A DNA stretch of 64,000 bases from an uncultured Actinomycetota bacterium (lineage in GTDB: Bacteria > Actinomycetota > Actinomycetes > Propionibacteriales > Nocardioidaceae): the NCBI GenBank assembly GCA_963780245.1, contig CAWABG010000001.1:238375-302374 (forward strand), in the 5' to 3' direction. The stretch's first letter is position 1, and each line of letters begins with the position of its first letter. A program made the translations under genes and the position numbers. Positions 57,527 through 64,000 of the stretch are shown piece by piece. The notes under the pieces were generated by a model. It was not told where the DNA came from, did no database searches, and worked only from the letters and a program-made list of their open reading frames with translations.

Positions 57527-58631
57527 CGCCGAGATCATCCCGATCGGCACTCGCGGCCGCCCGGGCCGGGGGACCGGCAAGCAGCCGTCGTCCGCCGCCC
57601 GAGGGCTGGCGCCGAACGCGAAGGCCAAGCCCCGCGCTATGGCCGAGCCGGTCGCGGCTCCCGACGCCGTCGCCGAGCCGACTGCCGCGCCGCCTGAACG
57701 TGCTCCCACGACCACGCGGGAGCGGCACCCCCTGGCCGGCATCCCGACGGGCGACTGGCTCGCGGCGTTCCAGTACGCCGCGCGCGAGGTGTTCGGCGAG
57801 CACTGGGAGCCCCAGCTGGCCGCGTTCCTGGCCTTCCTGCGCCGGCGGGTGACCGGCGACTACGTCGTCGACGAGTACGGCTTCGACGCGGAGGTCACCG
57901 AGCGGTTCTTCATCACGGCGCTACGCCCGATCGCTGACAAGTGGTTCCGGGTCGAGGTGATCGGCGCCGAGAACATCCCGGCCGAAGGCGGCGCCCTGGT
58001 GGTGTCCAACCACTCCGGCACCATCCCGGTCGACGGGCTGATGACGATGACCGCCATCCACGACCAGACCGGACGGCACCTGCGTCCGCTGGGTGCCGAC
58101 CTGGTCTTCCGGATGCCGATCGTCAGTGCCCTTGCCCGCAAGGGCGGCGCCACTATGGCCTGCAACGAGGACGCCGAGCGGATGCTGTCCAGCGGCGAGC
58201 TGGTCGGTGTCTGGCCCGAGGGCTTCAAGGGCATCGGCAAGCCCTACTCCGACCGCTACAAGCTGCAGCGCTTCGGCCGCGGCGGCTTCGTGTCGGCGGC
58301 GCTGCGGACCGGCGTACCCATCATCCCGCTGGCGGTAGTCGGCGCCGAGGAGATCTACCCCCTCGTCGGCAACATCCCCGCACTGGCGCGGCTGCTCGGC
58401 GTGCCCTACATCCCGATCACGCCGTTCTTCCCGCTGCTCGGACCGCTCGGCCTGGTGCCCCTGCCGTCGAAGTGGCTGCTGGAGTTCGGCGAGCCGATCC
58501 GCACCGACGAGTACGACGAGGTCGCCTCCGACGACCCGATGCTGGTCTTCAACGTCACCGACCAGGTGCGCGAGACGATCCAGCAGACGCTCTACTCGCT
58601 GCTGATGAAGCGGCAATCGGTCTTCCGATAG
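57519..58631 (+). CDS. lysophospholipid acyltransferase family protein
   Basis: NHSGTIPVD (HxxxxD), VWPEG, FGRGGFV, FGEPI. Confidence 0.9.
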   Translation: MGDAEIIPIGTRGRPGRGTGKQPSSAARGLAPNAKAKPRAMAEPVAAPDAVAEPTAAPPERAPTTTRERHPLAGIPTGDWLAAFQYAAREVFGEHWEPQLAAFLAFLRRRVTGDYVVDEYGFDAEVTERFFITALRPIADKWFRVEVIGAENIPAEGGALVVSNHSGTIPVDGLMTMTAIHDQTGRHLRPLGADLVFRMPIVSALARKGGATMACNEDAERMLSSGELVGVWPEGFKGIGKPYSDRYKLQRFGRGGFVSAALRTGVPIIPLAVVGAEEIYPLVGNIPALARLLGVPYIPITPFFPLLGPLGLVPLPSKWLLEFGEPIRTDEYDEVASDDPMLVFNVTDQVRETIQQTLYSLLMKRQSVFR

Positions 58632-58640
58632 CCGCTGGCG

Positions 58641-59759
58641 CTACTTGCCGCCGAGCACCCCGCCAAGCAACCCGGCGAGCGTGTTGGTCCCGCCTGTCAG
58701 CCGGTCCTTCTTCTCGTCGTCGTTCTTGTGCTTGCCGGTGAGCTTCTTGATCGTGTCGCCGATCAAGCCGCCCTTGTCGCCCTTGACCGCCTTGTCGCCC
58801 TCGTCCAGGGCCGGGGGGTCCTCGATCGTCGGCGCGGGAAGGTCGCCCTCGTCGTCGTTCTCCCGGGTCTCCTTCTGCGGGTCGTCCTGCTTGTCCGGCT
58901 GGGGAGGAGCAGCGACGGCCTTGGTGACCGACTCGAGGAGGTCGGCGAGGGCGACGTTGGTGAACGAAGGGATCTGGGTGATCAGGGACGGACCGCAGGT
59001 CGGGCAGGCAATCAGCGCCTGCTGGTCGATCTGGGTCAACGTCTGCGCCGCCCTGATCAGCGAGGCCCGGGCATCAACGGGGACCAGGGACTCCAGGGCG
59101 GTGAGCGCCGCCATGCTGTCGGCGGTGAAGCTGCGGAGCTCCTCGACGGAGTCCTCCTTGCCGGTCTCGGCGTAGTCGTTGAGCAGCAGCTCGGAGGCCT
59201 CGCTGGCCTGGTCGGTGAAGGTCTGCAGGGTCGCGGCGATGGTGTCGCCGTCGTCGCTCTCGCGGCTGAGCTGGTCGACCTCTTCGAGCCGGCCGGAGGC
59301 GTTCTCGAGCAGCGTCTTGCCCTTGTCGTCCTCATCGGCCTGGACGCTGGTCTGGGCATTCTCGATGGCCCGCTTCAGCGGGTACAGCGGATCGCCGGGC
59401 AGGGCACTCTGTGATGCGACGGCCATCCCGGTGCTCGCACCGACCAGGGCCAGACCGCCTACGGCGGCGGCCAGGCGGCGCTCGCGGCGCCGGTCGGAGG
59501 TGGAACGGACGACGGTGAGCCGGGCGGCGGCCTCGACGCCCTTCCCGGTGCGCGCGATCGTGCGGGCCTCGTCGATCAGGTGCTCGCGCAGCTCGCCGAC
59601 GAACTCGGGACGGGCGGTGATGACCGGTGTCTCGCGGAGGGTCTCGACCAGCTCGAGGAACTCGGCCAGTCGCGCGTCGGAGCCACGATCCGTCGAGGCG
59701 CCCTCGAGAATCGCCTGGAACTCATCGGCGCGTCGTCGCGCCGTGAACACGGGGCTCAT
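58641..59759 (-). CDS. anti-sigma factor, RsbN-like (DUF5667 domain)
   Basis: RPEFVGELREHL, one TM helix, ALPGDPLYPLKRAIE; directly downstream of an ECF sigma factor. Confidence 0.8.
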   Translation of the reverse strand: MSPVFTARRRADEFQAILEGASTDRGSDARLAEFLELVETLRETPVITARPEFVGELREHLIDEARTIARTGKGVEAAARLTVVRSTSDRRRERRLAAAVGGLALVGASTGMAVASQSALPGDPLYPLKRAIENAQTSVQADEDDKGKTLLENASGRLEEVDQLSRESDDGDTIAATLQTFTDQASEASELLLNDYAETGKEDSVEELRSFTADSMAALTALESLVPVDARASLIRAAQTLTQIDQQALIACPTCGPSLITQIPSFTNVALADLLESVTKAVAAPPQPDKQDDPQKETRENDDEGDLPAPTIEDPPALDEGDKAVKGDKGGLIGDTIKKLTGKHKNDDEKKDRLTGGTNTLAGLLGGVLGGK

Positions 59760-59856
59760 CGCTTCCGTCCTGTACTGAATGCCGCTTTCACCGGGTGCAA
59801 CGAGGTGGCGGGGCCGGAGGTTACGGCGCTGGAGGATGCTTCGATCACGTCGCGGC

Positions 59857-60639
59857 TCACCCCCTGAGTCCCTCTGGCATGAGCTTCGCCAGATTTCGTA
59901 CGCCGCGCAGCTGGAGCTGCTTCACGGCTCCATCGCTGCGGGCCAGGACGCTAGCGGTCTCGGAGATGCTCATGCCCTGAAGGAAACGCATCACCAGGCA
60001 GTCGCGCTGCTCGTCCGGCAGCTGGGTGAGTGCGGTGAGGAGCACCTCGTTGGTGAGCGTGGCCAGCACCTGTGACTCCGGACCCTCGGTCGAGTCGTCG
60101 TGTTGGCCCATGTCCTCGGTAGTCATCTCCAGCCGGGTGCGGCCCGCCTTGAAGTGGTCGGTCGCCAGGTTGCGCGCGATGGTCATCAGCCAGGCGCCGA
60201 AGTCCTTGCCCTGCCAGCGGAAGTTGGTCATGCTCCGCAGCGCCCGGAAGAACGTCTCCGAGGTCAGGTCCTCCGCGAGCGTGCTCGAACGGGTCCGGTA
60301 GAAGAGGAACCGGTAGACCGAGGCCTGGTAGTGGTCGTAAAGCATTCCGAACGCATCGGCGTCGCCTTTGCGCGCCAGCTCGACCAACGCGATCAGCCGG
60401 TTGCGGTCGGCCTCGGACTCCTCCGAAGAGGCGGCGAGGCCGGCATCGTTGAACCCGTCTGGACCGCCCACCTTGGCGTCCGAGCCGGTGACGGCCTTGC
60501 TGGGCAGCATCTCCGGTCCGATGCCCGCGGCGACGGCGAGCAGCGGCTGCGGGAGGAGGGATTCGGCTAGGAGCAGGCGCGCGACAGCCTCGCGGAGGCT
60601 AGTCAGCCCCTGCGCCACCCCGCCCGAATTCCACACCAT
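59857..60639 (-). CDS. ECF RNA polymerase sigma factor, BldN-like, with N-terminal extension
   Basis: AEDLTSETFFRAL, WQGKDFGAWLMTIARNL, DHFKAGRTRLE, GAVKQLQLRGVRNLAKL. Confidence 0.9.
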   Translation of the reverse strand: MVWNSGGVAQGLTSLREAVARLLLAESLLPQPLLAVAAGIGPEMLPSKAVTGSDAKVGGPDGFNDAGLAASSEESEADRNRLIALVELARKGDADAFGMLYDHYQASVYRFLFYRTRSSTLAEDLTSETFFRALRSMTNFRWQGKDFGAWLMTIARNLATDHFKAGRTRLEMTTEDMGQHDDSTEGPESQVLATLTNEVLLTALTQLPDEQRDCLVMRFLQGMSISETASVLARSDGAVKQLQLRGVRNLAKLMPEGLRG

Positions 60640-60783
60640 GTGAGTCAGTGCCCCTCCCTAGGGCTGTCCCCCTCCTAAGCCAAGCCAGAATCGTATGCGG
60701 GATCCCAGCTCGTTGGAACAGGTTCCCGGAATTGATACCCCGGTAGGTAAATGGTCCAGACCAGCGCTGGGCTAGTCCGCTCG

Positions 60784-61671
60784 CTAGCGCCTCCGCCCCC
60801 GTAGCGCGACGCCCGCGGCGACCGTGCCGCTGACCGCGCCGGCGGTGGCTCCTACGAGCAGGCCGAGCCGGGCTGCCTTGCGGCCGGTGCGGTAGTCCCG
60901 GATCCGCCAGCCCTCCGACCGCGCGTGGGCCCGGAGCTTGGTGTCGGGGTTGATCGCGCACGGGTCGCCGACCAGCTCGAGCATCGGCAGGTCGTTGGCG
61001 GAGTCGGAGTACGCCGAGCACCGCCCGAGGTCCAGACCCTCACGGGCGGCCAGCGCCTTGATCGCCTCCGCCTTCGCCGGCCCGTGCAGCAGGTCGCCGA
61101 CGAGCTGGCCGGTATAGACCCCGTCGACGTGCTCGGAGACCGTGCCCATCGCGCCGGTCAGTCCCAGCCGGCGGGCGATGATCTGGGCGATCTCGATGGG
61201 TGCCGCCGTCACCAGCCAGACCCGTTGCCCCTGGTCCAGATGCAACTGGGCGAGCGCCCTGGTGCCTGGCCAGATCCGATGCGCCATCCCCTCGTCGAAG
61301 ATCTCCTCGCCGAGCTCCTCGAGCTCGCGGACGGTGTGCCCCTTGATGAAGCTCAGTGCCGACGCCCGGGTCTCCGCGATGTGATCGGGGTCCTCGACGC
61401 CGACCACTCGGAAGTAGGCCTGCTTCCACACCGCGCCGAGAATGTCGCGGGTCGTGAAGAAGTTCCGACGGTGCAGCCCCCTGGCGAGATGAAAGATGCT
61501 GGCGCCCTGCATCACCGTGTTGTCGACGTCGAAGAAGGCCGCGGTGGTGTCGTCCAAGGGAGTGTCCAGCGCGCGCTCGACCTCGGCGGCGGCGGCCGCC
61601 GCCTCGCCCGCGAGAGTCGAACGCTGGCGCAGGTTCGGAGTCTTGCGCGGACGTTCGGGCGGGGCGTTCAC
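60784..61671 (-). CDS. HAD-IB family hydrolase (SerB1-like)
   Basis: AAFFDVDNT, WLVTA, AYSDSANDLPML, AINPD; -10 TACGCT 6 nt before GTG. Confidence 0.9.
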   Translation of the reverse strand: MNAPPERPRKTPNLRQRSTLAGEAAAAAAEVERALDTPLDDTTAAFFDVDNTVMQGASIFHLARGLHRRNFFTTRDILGAVWKQAYFRVVGVEDPDHIAETRASALSFIKGHTVRELEELGEEIFDEGMAHRIWPGTRALAQLHLDQGQRVWLVTAAPIEIAQIIARRLGLTGAMGTVSEHVDGVYTGQLVGDLLHGPAKAEAIKALAAREGLDLGRCSAYSDSANDLPMLELVGDPCAINPDTKLRAHARSEGWRIRDYRTGRKAARLGLLVGATAGAVSGTVAAGVALRGRRR

Positions 61672-61736
61672 CCGGTCAGCGTACGGCTCGCCGGATGCCG
61701 CCACTTCGAGCACCGCCGCTGCGTAGGATGCCCCCC

Positions 61737-63344
61737 ATGCCATCGGCGCACGACCTCACCGCACTGGTCCGTGAAGCCGCGGCCGAGCAGTCCGACAAGC
61801 TGGCACTCGTCGAGTCCGAGGGGCGCAGTCTGACCTGGGCGCAGCTGGAGGACGACGTACGACGGATCGCCACCGGGCTCGGCGAGACCGGCATCGTCGC
61901 GGGCTACCGGGTGATGATCGCGACCAGCAACCGGATCGAGTTCGTCACCACCTACCTCGGGGTGCTGCGCGCCCAGGCCGTCGCCGTACCCGTCAATCCG
62001 GGCGCCACCACGTTCGAGCTGGCCCGGATGATCGCCGACTCGGGATCGCGGCTGGTAGTGGTCGACGAGACCACCGCCGAGCCGGTGCGCGAGGCGCTGC
62101 GACTGCTCAAGGAGGCGTTGGAGGGCTCCGAGGAGGGCTGGGATCCCGAGGTCCTGGCCCGGGCCGCGCAGGCTCGAGTGGTCACGGTCGGACTGCCGCC
62201 GGCCGACGGCGAGCTCGCCCACGACGAGCTGCGCTCCGAGACGCCGCGCGAGATCCCCCCGCTCCCCGACCCCGAGAAGCTGGCCTGCCTGCTCTACACC
62301 AGCGGCACCACCGGCCGGCCCCGCGCCGCGATGCTCAGCCACCGGGCGCTGCTCGCCAACATCGAGCAGGTCGCTGCGGTCGAGCCGCCGATGATGCACG
62401 GCGACGACGTGGTGCTGTGCGTGCTGCCGCTGTTCCACGTCTACGGCCTCAACGCCGTACTCGGCGGCGTGCTCCGGCACCGCGCCAAGCTGGTGCTCGC
62501 CGAGCGCTTCGATCCGCAGGGCACGCTCGACCTGATCGAGGACGAGGCGTGCAGCGTGGTGCCCGTGGCACCGCCGGTGTTCGGGTACTGGCGCGAGATC
62601 GACGGCCTTGAGGAGCGGCTCGGCCCGGTCCGACTGATCCTGTCCGGATCGGCCCCGCTGTCGACCGGCGTGATCGAGGAGTTCACGGCCCGGACCGGGA
62701 TCCCCATCCACCAGGGCTTCGGGCTGACCGAAGCCTCGCCGGTGGTCACCAGCACGCTGCGTTCCACGAAACTGCAGAATGGGTCGGTCGGCGCCGCGCT
62801 CGATGGCGTCGAGATCCGGCTGGTCGGCGAGACCGGCCAACCGCTTTCGGGCGATGCCGCGGACGACCCGGGCGAGATCCAGATCAAGGGCGCCAACCTG
62901 TTCAGCGGTTACTGGCCGGACGGGTCCGACGGTCCGGACGCCGAGGGGTGGTGGTCCACCGGCGACGTCGGGTTCCTCGACCCCTCCGGCGACCTGTTCC
63001 TCGTCGACCGGGTCAAGGAGCTCGTCATCGTCTCCGGTTTCAACGTCTACCCGAGCGAGATCGAGGACGTGATCCGCGACGTCCCCGGCGTGGGGGAGAC
63101 AGCGGTGATCGGCGTCGACGACGCCGAGACCGGTGAGGCTGTGGTCGCGTACGTCGTGGCCATCGGCGACGGGGATGCGGTGGCGGACGCCGTTCGTGCC
63201 CGGTGTGACGAACGGCTGGCCAGGTTCAAGCAACCGAGCCGGATCGAGGTCGTCGACGAGCTGCCGCTCACGGTCACCGGCAAGGTGCAGAAGGGCCGGC
63301 TCCGCAGTGCCGAGCGGCGCAAGGCCCTCGGCCTCATCGAATGA
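61737..63344 (+). CDS. long-chain acyl-CoA synthetase / AMP-binding protein
   Basis: LYTSGTTGRPR, LPLFHVYG, GFGLTEASP, TGDVG, DRVKELVIVSGFNVYPSEIE, TGKVQK. Confidence 0.93.
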   Translation: MPSAHDLTALVREAAAEQSDKLALVESEGRSLTWAQLEDDVRRIATGLGETGIVAGYRVMIATSNRIEFVTTYLGVLRAQAVAVPVNPGATTFELARMIADSGSRLVVVDETTAEPVREALRLLKEALEGSEEGWDPEVLARAAQARVVTVGLPPADGELAHDELRSETPREIPPLPDPEKLACLLYTSGTTGRPRAAMLSHRALLANIEQVAAVEPPMMHGDDVVLCVLPLFHVYGLNAVLGGVLRHRAKLVLAERFDPQGTLDLIEDEACSVVPVAPPVFGYWREIDGLEERLGPVRLILSGSAPLSTGVIEEFTARTGIPIHQGFGLTEASPVVTSTLRSTKLQNGSVGAALDGVEIRLVGETGQPLSGDAADDPGEIQIKGANLFSGYWPDGSDGPDAEGWWSTGDVGFLDPSGDLFLVDRVKELVIVSGFNVYPSEIEDVIRDVPGVGETAVIGVDDAETGEAVVAYVVAIGDGDAVADAVRARCDERLARFKQPSRIEVVDELPLTVTGKVQKGRLRSAERRKALGLIE

Positions 63345-63363
63345 TCCCCAAAAGATGACCGCC

Positions 63364-63603
63364 ATGACCGCACGCGTCACCCTCTACACCCGACCGGGCT
63401 GCCACCTGTGCGAAGTCGCCCGCGAGGTGGTCGAGCGCGTCTGCGCCGACCTCGGGGAGCAGTACGACGAGATCTCCATCGACGACGACCCCGAGCTCAC
63501 CCGGCGTTTCACCGAGGAGATCCCGGTCACCTTCGTCGACGGGCGGCAGCACGACTTCTGGCGGGTCTCCGAGGACCGCCTGCGCGCGGCGCTGGGCGCC
63601 TGA
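63364..63603 (+). CDS. glutaredoxin-like protein (DUF836)
   Basis: LYTRPGCHLC, EEIPVTFVDG, HDFWRV. Confidence 0.9.
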   Translation: MTARVTLYTRPGCHLCEVAREVVERVCADLGEQYDEISIDDDPELTRRFTEEIPVTFVDGRQHDFWRVSEDRLRAALGA

Positions 63604-63734
63604 CCTGCGGTTTTGCTTTGGTCTCACGGGGTCTCGTTACACCGCATCGCGACTTCGTTCCTCGGTCGCGGCGGCACTCGACCTCCTCTCGCGACGCGGC
63701 CCGCCGGTGCCCCGGCGGCCCACTGCTCGCTGAT
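63602..63734. repeat. composite REP/BIME-like element, diverged copy of 34421-34553
   Basis: TTGCTTT..TCAC.GGGTCTCG.TAC, CGCGACT-TCGTTCCTC-GGTCGCG, ACTCGACCTC, CTGCTCGCT. Confidence 0.78.
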
Positions 63735-63735
63735 T

Positions 63736-63753
63736 TTGTTCTCGCGTTCACAA
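63736..63753. promoter_or_regulatory. Rex operator (ROP)
   Basis: TTGTTCTCGCGTTCACAA versus consensus TTGTGAA-N4-TTCACAA, just upstream of -10 TAGAGT (63759-63764) and rex. Confidence 0.8.
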
Positions 63754-63829
63754 ACTCTTAGAGTGAACGGGCCGCATGCCGGTGCCCAAGCCGAGAAAAC
63801 GCTGTATGCGGCTGGAAAGCGACAGAACT

Positions 63830-64000
63830 GTGACCGCACGCCAGTCGAGCGAGACCGCCCGGGAGATTCCCGAGGCTACGGTCGCCCGCCTGCCCGTCTA
63901 CCTCCGGGCCCTGACCACGCTCTCCGACGCGGGCATCAGCACCTGCTCGAGCGAGGACCTGGCGTCGGCGGCGGGGGTCAACAGCGCCAAGCTCCGCAAG
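63830..64000 (+). CDS. rex: redox-sensing transcriptional repressor Rex (5' partial, runs off window)
   Basis: REIPEATVARLPVYLRAL...CSSEDLASAAGVNSAKLRK. Confidence 0.95.
   Translation, partial: MTARQSSETAREIPEATVARLPVYLRALTTLSDAGISTCSSEDLASAAGVNSAKLRK

Overview
High-GC actinobacterial chromosome segment; gene content and protein style suggest Nocardioides/Nocardioidaceae (inference). The backbone follows the conserved actinobacterial order folP-folB-folK ... DUF2520-panC-panD-nadB-nadC-coaX-lsr2-clpC1 ... mutY-disA-radA ... ppx ... proC-trpS-acuC-(bdtA-like)-bS22-epimerase-acyltransferase-(rsbN/bldN-like)-HAD-glutaredoxin-rex. A ~20-kb accessory cell-wall glycopolymer locus (8055-28039) combines a Stealth phosphotransferase, two TagF-type polyol-phosphate polymerases, an IspD-SDR CDP-polyol synthase, six sulfotransferase-fold proteins, a Cys-type sulfatase, its formylglycine-generating enzyme and a methyltransferase. 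It is a candidate system for making and editing a sulfated teichoic-acid-like polymer. Three distinct families of dispersed palindromic repeats occur: one has expanded in-frame inside nadB (about 79 aa), and another forms inverted ends around a decayed DUF559-like gene fragment. Also seen: a pan-motif-like leader hairpin, a Trp-Trp attenuator before trpS, a Rex operator, a frameshifted TIR-like effector and many leaderless promoters. No rRNA, tRNA, CRISPR array or intact transposase was recognised. Family assignments come from motif recognition, not database searches.
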